Source: a candidate division WOR-3 bacterium
GTDB lineage: Bacteria; Hydrothermota; Tepidihabitantia; SM23-42; CAYGYG01
NCBI GenBank assembly: GCA_965648915.1
Contig: CBFGIV010000021.1
Coordinates: 1-38,857, forward strand
Length of the DNA stretch: 38,857 nt
Direction of reading: 5' to 3'
The notes under the pieces were generated by a model that was given only the letters and a program-made list of their open reading frames with translations, had not been told where the DNA came from and did no database searches. Position numbers and translations under genes: made by a program. Each line of letters opens with the position of its first letter. The first letter of the stretch is position 1. Below, one piece after another: positions 1-9,655 of the stretch.

Positions 1-336
1 CCTCTAACCGGCGAGAGGCGATAAAGCGGTTTCGGGAATGGGTCGGGGTCTGGGGTAAGGTAGTGCCCAAAGCGGTTAAGTGTTTAGAGGGAGATCTTGA
101 AGATCTATTAAATTTCTTTAAGGAGCCAGAGTTTATCTGGTCAAAGGTCAGGACGACGAATGCGATTGAGCGGTTATTTCGGGAGTTAAGGAAGAGGATT
201 CGGCCGATGTGTGCCTTTACGGATTCAGAGAGTTGTGAGCGGATTGTTCTTGCTCTTTTTAACAAATATAATAGCAGATGGAAGGATCGCCCTTTAAGGT
301 CATTAAAAGAATTTACACAAAAATATTGACGCTACC
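1..336 (+). mobile_element. IS256-family element, 3' part (transposase C-terminus, frame open 3..329, plus right end)
   Basis: RTTNAIERLFRELRKR motif of IS256/mutator transposases. Ends with TTTACACAAAAATATTGACGCTACC, a typical IS256 terminus. Truncated by the window edge. Confidence 0.85.
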
Positions 337-598
337 CTTTTAAGTTTATTACTTGACTTGGGATTGGAAATAAATAGAATAGAAACTATGAAGGAGAGAA
401 ATTCAGTAGATACTGACTCAAGTTGGTTTATGAATATTAAAAAAACCCGAATCATAAGATATATATACGAACACTTCGTCAAATGTCACCTGAAAACAGA
501 TTACTTAAGGCATTTGAATTGTCTGGATTTGCCAAGGTTGTGTCCCGATTTCCGTAGAAATTCGTGACTATAACCCTTAACGCCGATATTATAATCAT

Positions 599-1762
599 TT
601 ATGCTACCCTGTCAAATCTTTTCTTGATTATTTCCGACATGTCACGCCAGTTAGAAATCTTCCTTAAGGTGATTTGACCACTGGCAAATAGACCATAAAG
701 CATTATTAAAACCGCACTCTCAGTTGGGAAAGGCATTTGTGTTTTTATCTGGCGCCTGAATTCACCATAAATCCGTTCGATGATATTCGTACTTCTCAAA
801 CTCCGCCATTGACTCTGGGGATAGCGAAAGAAAGTCAATAACTCATCACCAGCCTCTAAAAGACTTTTAACCATACCTTCACAACGGTTCTGCCATTTCT
901 TAATAAAACGCTCTCTGGCTATTAAAGCCTCTTCTAAACCATTAGCATAGATGACGGCCTGATAATCTTCCCGAATCTCCTCATGGGCATGCTTGGGCGC
1001 ATGAGACAGAAGATCCTTGAGTTTATGCACGGTACAGCGTTGAACATCAATCTTCGGCCAGGTGGTTTCAACCGCCAAACGAAGACCTTGATTGCCGTCA
1101 ATAATGACTAATTGCGGACGGGGTAAACTACGAGCCGATAAATCATCTAAAACCCCTTCCCAGGCCATCGCTGACTCACTACCTCTAAGCCATAAGCCTA
1201 AAAGAACCTTCTCACCACTTTCCCGCACACCAACCGCCGCTAAGACCGGAACACTGACGACTCGACCACCACAACGCACTTTCGCACCAAAACCATCGAG
1301 ATAAAGATGAACCAATGTTTCATTATGCAAAGCCCGTCGCTGCCAGACCTCGAATTGCTCTTTTAACCGCGAAACCAATCGACTGATGCTACTCTTGGAG
1401 AGCGGCGTATTTTTCATAAGCGGCTGTAAAGCCTTCCGGATCCGCCGGGTATTAGCATCACAAAGATAAAGACCCAAAAGCGCATCATCAACCGCTTTGG
1501 CTCGTCGCCGATAACGGGGTAGCATCTGACTGTGCCACTCAATCATTGCCCGCTCAGAAAAAAGTCTCGCCCTGGGCACCTTTAAATCGGTCTTACCCAG
1601 CGAAGTCGAAATCTGCCTTGCCTCATAACCGTGACGATAACCCTGACGACCTTCGCTTCTCTCGTAGGAACCAACTCCAAGGGTTGCCTCAAGCTCTTCA
1701 ACAATAATCTTTTCAATAAATAACTTTACTTCTCTTCTAATGGCTTCAGTAAGATAATCTTC
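599..1762 (-). pseudogene. IS256-family transposase, 5' end disrupted
   Basis: DDE motifs YLDG, IIDGNQGL, QRCTVHK, RSTNIIER. The frame stays open upstream of the GTG at 1579 (..YERSEGRQGYRHG..) to 1762, then hits in-frame TGA at 1763-1765 and 1781-1783 with no in-frame start. Confidence 0.75.
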
Positions 1763-1771
1763 TCATAATTT

Positions 1772-1794
1772 ACCTGCCGGTCAGGCAGACAGGT
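1772..1794. repeat. Short palindromic element ACCTGCCGGTCAGGCAGACAGGT
   Basis: GC-rich hairpin (CTGCC/GGCAG, outer ACCTG/CAGGT) in AT-rich context, at the point where the transposase frame breaks. Confidence 0.45.
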
Positions 1795-1887
1795 CATCTT
1801 TTCAGCATATTTTATAGTTTAGCTTCTTGTTATTATATTATAGCCATTAGAATTTCCACGACAAGAGGGACACTACCTAATAGGAAG

Positions 1888-1936
1888 GGGACATTCTAGC
1901 CTTGCAAAAAAGGGACATTCTACCTTTGCCGGAACA
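1888..1936 (+). mobile_element. Orphan IS end remnant (IS1202/IS481-like): tandem GGGACATTCTAnCnTTGC repeats ending in ACA
   Basis: GGGACATTCTA at 1888-1898 and 1912-1922 (24-nt period), each followed by TTGC. Terminal ..GGAACA at 1936. Confidence 0.5.
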
Positions 1937-2112
1937 GTGTTATTTTTCGGAAACCTTTTGCCCCGATCTTTTCTAACCTGAATTATCAACACAAATTTCC
2001 TCAAATTTATTCAAATACAGTCTCGGTCGTAGCTCGCAATAATTAGGGTTAAGAATAAGGTAGGTTGTTGATTACTTATGTCTTGTCAATTAAACGAGTT
2101 TAAGAAATATAT

Positions 2113-2571
2113 TTAAGTTCGGCGATGATATTTAATCTTTCGATGCGGACATAATTCCTCAAATAGAAAATAGTCATCTTCTTTGCGATAGAATACGCGC
2201 CAGGAATACGAAATATAAAAGTGCCACAGGCCGGGTCTCTCTTTAATTGGAGAATCACGCAGACCGCTACTCGGTATTCCATAAACCTTCCTGGTCAAGG
2301 CATCGATCAATTTCAATTTGAGGTTGGATGTCGTGCAATATCTGTCCAACGATTTCAGAAATTTATCGGTATACTTAAATTCAATCCGCTGTCTCGCAAC
2401 GCAATGGTGTTGCTTCAATTCAGGTTGAGAATTGTAATATGCCTCAACACATAATTTTAAATCGGGCCAAAAAGACAGTGGGTCAACCTGCTCTTCAAAA
2501 TCATCTTCACCCAGTTTAATATTTTTGAAACGAGTTGATAGATAGGTTTTAATGCTTTTTTTCATAAGCAA
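2113..2571 (-). CDS. RelE/ParE-like toxin-fold protein with N-terminal extension
   Basis: C-terminal ~90 aa (IEFKYTDKFLKSL..GLWHFYISYSWRVFY..EELCPHR) follows the RelE-superfamily pattern. Confidence 0.55.
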   Translation of the reverse strand: MLMKKSIKTYLSTRFKNIKLGEDDFEEQVDPLSFWPDLKLCVEAYYNSQPELKQHHCVARQRIEFKYTDKFLKSLDRYCTTSNLKLKLIDALTRKVYGIPSSGLRDSPIKERPGLWHFYISYSWRVFYRKEDDYFLFEELCPHRKIKYHRRT

Positions 2572-2589
2572 TTAACTATTTATCAAATA

Positions 2590-2683
2590 TGGCGGAGGCG
2601 TGTAGGATTCGAACCTACCGATCCCGAACTCGGGACCACCTGGATTTGAAGTCCAGCAGGCACATCAGCACCCGTTCGTCTCC
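2590..2683 (-). tRNA. selC: tRNA-Sec (anticodon UCA)
   Basis: 94 nt. Anticodon loop CTTCAAA, 6-bp D stem, long variable arm TGGTCCCGA/TCGGGATCG, T arm GTAGG-TTCGAAT-CCTAC, G73 and encoded CCA. Lies immediately downstream of selB. Confidence 0.97.
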
Positions 2684-2723
2684 GCTCTGGTATTTTTGCC
2701 ATTCTGGCATCTCTTACTCTTTT

Positions 2724-4637
2724 TCAGCATTCCTGTTTATCTCGCAACCGGTGCGTCCCTTCACTTCGAACCGTAATCCCCTTTTCAACAAAATAGTCAA
2801 GAATATCTCTTGCCAGATCTCTTGAGACACCGAGTAACTGTTTAAATTCTATTGCCCGTATTGAACCTTTTTCTTTTAGATAGTCAATCAATCTTATCTT
2901 TGCCTGGTCCAACACCTTGCAGTGAAGATATGCATTTTCTCTAACTTCACAAATTTTTTCGCTTTTTGATAGATAACTAATCATATTTTTGAGTCGCTCT
3001 GGCCCTTCCTTAGAAAATCGACCGGTTAAATCCTCCAGCCTGACCAGTTGATAGCCCCTGTCAATTATAAAACCTTCAATCTCATCGGCGAGCTTCTGGG
3101 TAGCAGGAGCAATTTTCACATCGAGACCGATTATCTTTACGCCATCACCGGTCAGTTCAATCTTACCGTTTCTTTTCAGTTCTTCCAAGACCATCTGGCA
3201 AAAAGAATGATTAGAGATTTTGGCCCCCTTCATCAATTCCCCAATGGGCATAAATACTTTTATCGGATTTGTTCGAACATAATTATTGAGCATTTTAAGA
3301 AACTTTGCCTTTAGGGCTTCGATCGTCATGCGATGGACTATTGAGTTATCTTTAAGTTTCACAACCTGTTTTTGTTCCTGCATATTTTGCAGGTACTCAG
3401 TAATTTTATTAGAGGGGAGATTCGTCATTCTTGTAAGTTCCTTTTCACTCAAGATTAAATTTTCGGCGTGCTTAATCACTGTCTCAACAAGCTCGATGCC
3501 TTCAGTTTTTTCAATCTTGCTGAGATATTCAATCCGCTCATTATTATACCTTCCTCCTTTTCGGGCATAGAGTTCAAGAAAATACCCGCCACCAATTACC
3601 TTCATCGGTGAATAAGATCGGATAATAAAACGTTCTCTTATTTCACCGACAATCGGTCTTTCAAGTCGAAACTGGACATAGCCCTTTTCGCCCGGTTCAA
3701 TCTTATCCTTATCAAGGATGATTGCCCGCGCCATTGTTTCGCCTGTCCCTTTGTGAAGACGAACCCGTTCATTATTAATTAAAGCTTTCGATGCATCGGG
3801 CAAAATTGAAACCGAACCATTAACAATTTGAGTTGGCAGCAGATAGTCAGGCAGACTCAGTTCATAACCCCGGACGAGTTCCTGTATCCCTATATCTGTA
3901 AGGTTGAATGCCACTCGCTGGCCGGCAAAGACCTCGGACACGGGCTGATTATGAACCTGGAGATTACGCAATCTCGATCTCTTTCTTATCGGCAAAACCT
4001 CGACTGTATCTGAAATTTTTAATCTACCCGATACAACTGTCCCGGCAACAATTGTGCCAAAACCCTTTATAGTAAATATCCGGTCAATCGGGCATCGAAA
4101 AATTCCTGTATCGGGCAATGGTTCAATCTTTTTACAGAGAGTTATAATATTGTTTCTCAATTCTGCAAGCCCTTCATTGGTAGTCGTCGATAGCCGGCAG
4201 ATCGGTGCATCTTCAAGGAAACTGCCCTTGACCAGTTTTTTTATATCATCTTCGACCAGATCAAGGTAATCTGATTGAACCCGATCGATCTTGGTTATCA
4301 CAATTATACCTCGTTCAACCCCCAAGAGTCTCAGGACATCGAAATGCTCAACTGTCTGGGGCATAATACCCTCATCCGCCGCAACCACAAACAGAACCAT
4401 TCTGATACTATTGGCTCCGGCAATCATCGTCTTGAGCAAACTTTCATGCCCCGGAACATCAATGATTGCCACTTCTTGCCCCGGTGAAATGGGCATAAAG
4501 ACAAAGCCAAGGTCGATCGTCATCTGTCTTGCTTTCTCTTCAGGTAGACGATCCGGATCAACACCGGTAAGTGCCTTGGCCAGTGCACTCTTACCGTGGT
4601 CAACATGACCGGCCGTGCCGATGATTATTCTTTGCAA
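2724..4637 (-). CDS. selB: Selenocysteine-specific elongation factor SelB
   Basis: GTAGHVDHGKS, MTIDLGF, DVPGHE and TKID G-domain motifs. C-terminal winged-helix (LLGVSRDLARDILDYF). TTG start with GGAGG SD. Confidence 0.97.
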   Translation of the reverse strand: MQRIIIGTAGHVDHGKSALAKALTGVDPDRLPEEKARQMTIDLGFVFMPISPGQEVAIIDVPGHESLLKTMIAGANSIRMVLFVVAADEGIMPQTVEHFDVLRLLGVERGIIVITKIDRVQSDYLDLVEDDIKKLVKGSFLEDAPICRLSTTTNEGLAELRNNIITLCKKIEPLPDTGIFRCPIDRIFTIKGFGTIVAGTVVSGRLKISDTVEVLPIRKRSRLRNLQVHNQPVSEVFAGQRVAFNLTDIGIQELVRGYELSLPDYLLPTQIVNGSVSILPDASKALINNERVRLHKGTGETMARAIILDKDKIEPGEKGYVQFRLERPIVGEIRERFIIRSYSPMKVIGGGYFLELYARKGGRYNNERIEYLSKIEKTEGIELVETVIKHAENLILSEKELTRMTNLPSNKITEYLQNMQEQKQVVKLKDNSIVHRMTIEALKAKFLKMLNNYVRTNPIKVFMPIGELMKGAKISNHSFCQMVLEELKRNGKIELTGDGVKIIGLDVKIAPATQKLADEIEGFIIDRGYQLVRLEDLTGRFSKEGPERLKNMISYLSKSEKICEVRENAYLHCKVLDQAKIRLIDYLKEKGSIRAIEFKQLLGVSRDLARDILDYFVEKGITVRSEGTHRLRDKQEC

Positions 4638-4667
4638 ACCGCCTCCGAAATTAAATTTCTTTCTGAG

Positions 4668-4889
4668 TTACTTTTTATAGAATCCATCGGGAAAAAGATT
4701 ATTTTTCTTTAACAGCTCTTTTATCATTGCTATGGGCTCTTCAAAAATTTCAATCGCCGTGCCACAATCCGAACTTACCTCGCGCGGTGTTGGTATAAGT
4801 TTAATATTAAATCCATTTTCCCTAAGTAGTTTTTCGGCCTTCATCACATAATGGACCGATTCAAAGGTTATCACCCAGCGATCAAACAT
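4668..4889 (-). CDS. DUF3343 family protein
   Basis: ITFESVHYVMKAEKLL..LIPTPREVSSDCG signature. This family is typical of yedE/yedF selenium clusters. Confidence 0.85.
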   Translation of the reverse strand: MFDRWVITFESVHYVMKAEKLLRENGFNIKLIPTPREVSSDCGTAIEIFEEPIAMIKELLKKNNLFPDGFYKK

Positions 4890-6016
4890 AATGCCTTACA
4901 GAGATTATCAATATCCTCCGGCGTATTGAAGGGGCCTAAACTTATCCGGACCGTCCCTTTGGGAAATGTGCCGATCGTTTTATGGGTCTGGGGTGAACAG
5001 TGTAACCCAACCCTTACGGCGATATCGTATTTCCTATCAAGAAAATCCCCAACTTCAGATGGTTCTTTTTCTTTAATATTTATCGAAACAACTCCGGTCT
5101 GAAGATTTTTATTTTTCGTTCCATAAATTATTATACCTGGTACTACGGACAACCTTTCAATAAGGATATTGGTAAGATTTTGCATCTGAGTTTGAATCTT
5201 TTCGACACCTTTTTTTGCTATAAATTCGACACTTGCTTTCAGCCCCGCGATGCCCGGTAGATTCAGTGTGCCACTCTCATATTTATCAGGTAAAAAATTG
5301 GGTTGAATTTCTGAGGCCGAATTAGAACCCGTGCCACCGAATTTTAAGGGGGTCAAATCTAATCCCTCCCTTATGTAAAGGCATCCAACACCCTGCGGTC
5401 CTAACAGCCCCTTATGCCCGGAGAAGGCCAGAAAATCGATATTACTCTCATCAACATTTACGGACAGGCAACCAACGGTCTGGGCACCATCAACTAAAAA
5501 TGGAATATTTTCCCTCCGGGCAATTTCACCAATTTCCCTTATCGGCAATATTGTGCCAATCACATTTGAAGCGTGGGTCAGAATGATTAATTTTGTCTTT
5601 TTGGTAATTTTAGACTTGAGATCATCTGGATCTAACTCACCATCTGGACGGCAACCAATAATTTCTATCTTAATCCCTTTCTCTTTTTCAAGATAACGAA
5701 GCGGTCTCATAACTGAATTGTGCTCAATACTTGAGGTTAAGACAGAATCTCCCGAATTGAGTCCTATCCCTAATATCACCAGATTAAGGGCTTCAGTTGC
5801 ATTCTGGGTAAATATAATTCGGGATGAATCTTCAGCACCGATCAGATTGGCAACCGCCTCTCTGGTCTCGAAGACAAGCCTCGAGGCCTCCTGCGCTTTT
5901 CGATGTGCGGACCGTCCTGCATTGGCACCGATATTTTCAAGATAGTCTCTCATTGCCTCAATAACACATTTCGGTTTGGGATAAGAAGTTGCCGCATTAT
6001 CAAAATAGATACCCAT
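4871..6016 (-). CDS. Cysteine desulfurase / selenocysteine lyase (class V PLP enzyme)
   Basis: YFDNAATS, EHNS, DGAQ, SGHKG (PLP Lys) and RVGLHC catalytic Cys. Confidence 0.92.
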   Translation of the reverse strand: MGIYFDNAATSYPKPKCVIEAMRDYLENIGANAGRSAHRKAQEASRLVFETREAVANLIGAEDSSRIIFTQNATEALNLVILGIGLNSGDSVLTSSIEHNSVMRPLRYLEKEKGIKIEIIGCRPDGELDPDDLKSKITKKTKLIILTHASNVIGTILPIREIGEIARRENIPFLVDGAQTVGCLSVNVDESNIDFLAFSGHKGLLGPQGVGCLYIREGLDLTPLKFGGTGSNSASEIQPNFLPDKYESGTLNLPGIAGLKASVEFIAKKGVEKIQTQMQNLTNILIERLSVVPGIIIYGTKNKNLQTGVVSINIKEKEPSEVGDFLDRKYDIAVRVGLHCSPQTHKTIGTFPKGTVRISLGPFNTPEDIDNLCKALCLIAG

Positions 6017-6616
6017 TTATAACCTTACTACCTTTTCGGTATTAATTAAGACCTCAGTGATCTCAAAGAAATTTGAGATTCGGCCCACTTTTACCTTCTC
6101 TTTAAGCCCAAAGTAGTCAAGGCAGGTGCCACAGACCAATAGTTCAACACCCTGTTTTGTTAGTTTGTTCAGACTATCTAAAAGTTCTGAACCTTCAGTA
6201 GTCAACTTTACTCCATTATTCATAAAGATTAATCTTTCGGGCTTCGGGTCGGTCTCAAGCAAGGTGTTGAAAAAAACCTTTATTAAAATTTTTCCAAGCT
6301 CATCACTTCCCTGGCCAATGGTATCAGAGGCGATAAGAAAAACACTCTCTCTTTTTGTCTCGGGCTTGCATACCATTTCTTCCTCAGAAACTTTAGACGA
6401 TTTACCTTTCGTTATTCTAATAACAAAGTCCCCTTTCTCTTCACTTACCATCACATCGCATCCAGCATTTTTAGCAAATCTTGAAACATTTTCCGACGCT
6501 GGTTTATTATCAACAAGCACTTCAATTACCCCTGTCTCTATCTCTTCTAATGCCTTCTTGGTGACGACCACAGGTTGAGGACAGGCGAGCCCCCGGGCAT
6601 CGATCTTCTTAACCAT
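6017..6616 (-). CDS. yedF: Selenium metabolism protein YedF (TusA/SirA + DsrE-like domains)
   Basis: IDARGLACPQPV N-domain and LVCGTCLDYFG C-domain. Start moved to ATG 6616 (AGGAGG SD). Confidence 0.92.
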   Translation of the reverse strand: MVKKIDARGLACPQPVVVTKKALEEIETGVIEVLVDNKPASENVSRFAKNAGCDVMVSEEKGDFVIRITKGKSSKVSEEEMVCKPETKRESVFLIASDTIGQGSDELGKILIKVFFNTLLETDPKPERLIFMNNGVKLTTEGSELLDSLNKLTKQGVELLVCGTCLDYFGLKEKVKVGRISNFFEITEVLINTEKVVRL

Positions 6617-6627
6617 CTCGCCTCCTT

Positions 6628-7572
6628 TCAAAAAAGAATTTGAACTTGGGCTGTGAGAAGATTCTTGAGCTCTGGGTTTGTCCTATCATCCCTGATTTCG
6701 TAGTTGATTGCTACTCGATTCCAACTTTTGGCCGGGAAATAATAACTCAAGCCCAGCGTAAAATTAAAACATTCATTATTTCCTGTCGCAGTATTCGCAT
6801 CGAAGTAGTCGTATCTGAATACGCCTTCGATCGAAGGCATAAATCGTACGGCAATTACCCCATAGTAACCCAAGCTCTTTATCTCACCACCCCCAGCCTG
6901 TTCATCTTTAGCACCGAGCAGTTCCCCTCTGAGCCAGAAGGGCCCTTGTTTGTAATTAACTTCTGCCCCAAAGCGGTTGGTTGTTAATTTAGCGGTATCT
7001 TTCTTTCCAGCATAGAAAGAGCCTCCGAAGGACAAATTAGAGACAGGCATCAAGGCTAATCGGCCAACAAGATCCTTCCAATTATTGTTGTCCAGCGGTG
7101 TACCATTATTCCCGTTTACCAAAGCCACAATGCCTTTGGCAAGCTTATCCTCGTATGCACAGTGGATTCCCATATCCTGGGCACCGCGGTAGATTTTTTT
7201 GGAGGCCTGAGAGATATCAATAACCGGATTCTGAAGCGGATGGCCATAGGCTTCGATTCCAAACGGTAGTTTAATATAACCAAATCTAATTTCAGAGCTA
7301 GACAGCGGGATAAAGTTAATGAAAGCGTTCTGGAGCAAAACCATGCCGGTTTTGGTCTCAACCTGTATAAAACCATTAATCTCCTTACTGAGATTACTGA
7401 TGATATGGATGCGCAGGTGGTTGAATTTGAATTCGTTGGAAAGACTTATCTTTTCGCTCTGGTCATACCGAAATTGACCGGCGATGAAACCACCAGCTTT
7501 GACTGAAGGGTACTCGGTAGCATTGGAGATGCCTAACGCCACCAAGGCGATTAAGGGAAGGAATCCTTTCAT
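6628..7572 (-). CDS. Outer-membrane porin, OprO/P-like
   Basis: Signal peptide, amphipathic beta-strands, DNNNWKDLVGR motif, C-terminal Phe. Confidence 0.75.
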   Translation of the reverse strand: MKGFLPLIALVALGISNATEYPSVKAGGFIAGQFRYDQSEKISLSNEFKFNHLRIHIISNLSKEINGFIQVETKTGMVLLQNAFINFIPLSSSEIRFGYIKLPFGIEAYGHPLQNPVIDISQASKKIYRGAQDMGIHCAYEDKLAKGIVALVNGNNGTPLDNNNWKDLVGRLALMPVSNLSFGGSFYAGKKDTAKLTTNRFGAEVNYKQGPFWLRGELLGAKDEQAGGGEIKSLGYYGVIAVRFMPSIEGVFRYDYFDANTATGNNECFNFTLGLSYYFPAKSWNRVAINYEIRDDRTNPELKNLLTAQVQILF

Positions 7573-7584
7573 CTTTACTCCTTT

Positions 7585-8625
7585 CTATTCTTTGGCTCTG
7601 CTCAAGAAGCCAATTACCAAAAGGATTATAATACCCAATAGAACAGCTACTTTGCCGTTGTTGGGAATTCCTTGAGGCGAGGCAACAAGATTAAAATTAT
7701 GGGCAATGCCAGCGCCAAAGAGCATACCTAAGACTGAAATCCCGGCATCGGTATTCCCATATCCAGACATCACCATCTGCCTGAATGGACAGCCACCGAG
7801 CAGAACAAGACCAAGCCCAGCAAGAAACATCCCGCCAAAGTTCCAGATAAAATAAGGATGGGCAATCGGTGAAGCGCCGGGATGAAATTGGCCAAGAATC
7901 AGGTTAAAAATGAAGGCCATAACAAGTAGTGCCACAAGCCCCTGAAAGAGATGGCTGTCGCCGATAAGAATCAGGTCTCTGATTCCGCCGATTGTGCAGA
8001 ACCTTGAGCGTTGGGCGAGACCGCTTACAATAAGTCCCGCGATTAAGGAGATAACAAGTGGCGCGTGTTTTGTCGGTCCTAAGACGATATGTCCTGGTTT
8101 GGTAAGAAGTAAAATTAAAAGCCCGATTGCAATAATAGGCATCACCCAGCCACTGACACCTGGGAGAGGTTGCATTCTTCCTAAGTTAAATCCGGCCTTC
8201 AAGAATTGAACCCCGACAAAAATTCCAATCACAAGTCCCAAGAGACCTCCTAAGGCGGTCCAGTCACCACCGGCAATCCTGCCGAGCATTCTGATTGGGC
8301 ATCCTAAAAAGACCAATGCGCCAATTGTTACAAAAGCACCGATTACGAAACGAAGGATCGGTGAAGACCCACCGGTTATCTTAAGTTCTTTAGTCATCAG
8401 AGCAACAATTGTCGAGCCAAGAATAAACCCGATTATCTCAGGCCGGATATAGCTCACTTTATCAATTGTATGGAGTTTCAGAGCACCTGCCGTATCTCTT
8501 AAAAAACAGATAGCACAGATACCCATATTGGGTGGATTCCCCAACTTCATTAAGACGGCGACAAATGCGCCAAAGATCACTCCAGTGGCTATAACCCACC
8601 AGGCGGGTTTGAACCTATTCGACAT
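7585..8625 (-). CDS. yedE: YedE-family putative selenium transporter
   Basis: GNPPNMGICAICFLRD, LGCPIR, QRSRFC and GGCPFRQ motifs. Multiple TM helices. Confidence 0.93.
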   Translation of the reverse strand: MSNRFKPAWWVIATGVIFGAFVAVLMKLGNPPNMGICAICFLRDTAGALKLHTIDKVSYIRPEIIGFILGSTIVALMTKELKITGGSSPILRFVIGAFVTIGALVFLGCPIRMLGRIAGGDWTALGGLLGLVIGIFVGVQFLKAGFNLGRMQPLPGVSGWVMPIIAIGLLILLLTKPGHIVLGPTKHAPLVISLIAGLIVSGLAQRSRFCTIGGIRDLILIGDSHLFQGLVALLVMAFIFNLILGQFHPGASPIAHPYFIWNFGGMFLAGLGLVLLGGCPFRQMVMSGYGNTDAGISVLGMLFGAGIAHNFNLVASPQGIPNNGKVAVLLGIIILLVIGFLSRAKE

Positions 8626-9655
8626 ATATCCTCCTTTCTTTTGATTCTGTTACTTCACCGATTATATTTGCTGATGTCAATCCTCTTTCCTGTAACAAAT
8701 TTAACAACTCTATGCTCTTATCATTGGGAACTGCAATTAAAAGCCCGCCTGAGGTCTGGGCATCGCATAAAAGCATCTGCATCTCTTCGCTAATACCTTT
8801 TGAGAATTGAACCTTTGGTTTTACGAATTCATAATTTTTAACCGAACCGGCCGGGAATAGCGACAGCTTTGCCAGTTCTCTTGCCTCATTAATTATGGGC
8901 ACCTCGCGGGCAAAAATTTTCACACTCACATTGCTGAACTCAGCCATCTCTAAGGTATGGCCAAGTAAACCAAATCCAGTAATGTCCGTAGCACTCGATA
9001 CCCCACTCTCAACCATCGTCTCGCAGGCAATTTTATTTAACTGGCACATATAAAAATTTGCCTTTTCAATCGCTCCTTCTGGAGCAAGAACGACTTTAAG
9101 GGCAGTTGAGATTATTCCAATCCCCAGTGGTTTTGTTAAAATCAGCCTATCGCCGGGCATCGCCGCACTATTTGTTATTATCTTATCTGGCGCAACGATA
9201 CCAGTAACCGCCAGACCACATTTAATTTCAGTATCCTTGAGGGTATGCCCGCCGAGTAAAGCTGCTTCAGCCTCTTTTATCTTAGCCGAAACACCCTCAA
9301 GCATCTTACTGATCGTCTCATTGTCAACTTCACCAACCGGGAAACTCACTACACATAATGCAGTCAATGGTTTTGCACCCATCGCATAGATGTCGCTCAA
9401 CGAATTCGCCGCAGCAATCTGGCCAAAGACATACGGGTCATCAGCAATCGGTGTCAGGATATCGACCGTCTGAACAATTGCCAGATCATCCCGCAATTGA
9501 TAGACACCGGCATCATCCATTGTTTCACCCCCGACCAGAATCTTAGGGTCGGTAAACTTCGGTAGCCGACTCAAAACCTGAGTCAGGTCCTGCTGGCACA
9601 CCTTGGACGCTCAACCGGCCGCTTTAGCGAATTTGGTCAATTTAACCTTTGCCAT
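8615..9655 (-). CDS. selD: Selenophosphate synthetase SelD (selenoprotein, Sec15), 346 aa
   Basis: ATG 9655 with GAAGGAG SD gives MAKVKLTKFAKAAG-U-ASK. The TGA at 9611-9613 is in frame with the ORF-track 328-aa ORF. DDAGV, GGHT, TDITGFGLLGH and QTSGGLL motifs. Confidence 0.95.
9572..9592 (-). promoter_or_regulatory. Candidate SECIS of selD1
   Basis: CAG-GAC-CTG minihelix (loop G at +25, counting U of UGA as +1), or the longer CAGGACCTG-ACT-CAGGTTTTG stem. Confidence 0.65.

Larger units (their letters stand above)
536..1877 (-). mobile_element. IS256-family element with imperfect 27-bp terminal inverted repeats
   Basis: GGTTGTGTCCCGATTTCCGTAGAAATT (536-562) matches the reverse complement of 1851-1877, GGTAGTGTCCCTCTTGTCGTGGAAATT, at 21/27. 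Encloses the transposase. No target duplication in the flanks. Confidence 0.85.

Noticed and set aside
358..567. 69-aa ORF between the IS elements
   Set aside because: It runs into the IS256 terminal repeat and has no recognisable domain. At most it is a truncated gene start.
1763..1765. Sec readthrough of the in-frame TGA in the IS256 transposase
   Set aside because: No hairpin at +17..+30, a second TGA upstream and no start codon. It reads as a pseudogene lesion.
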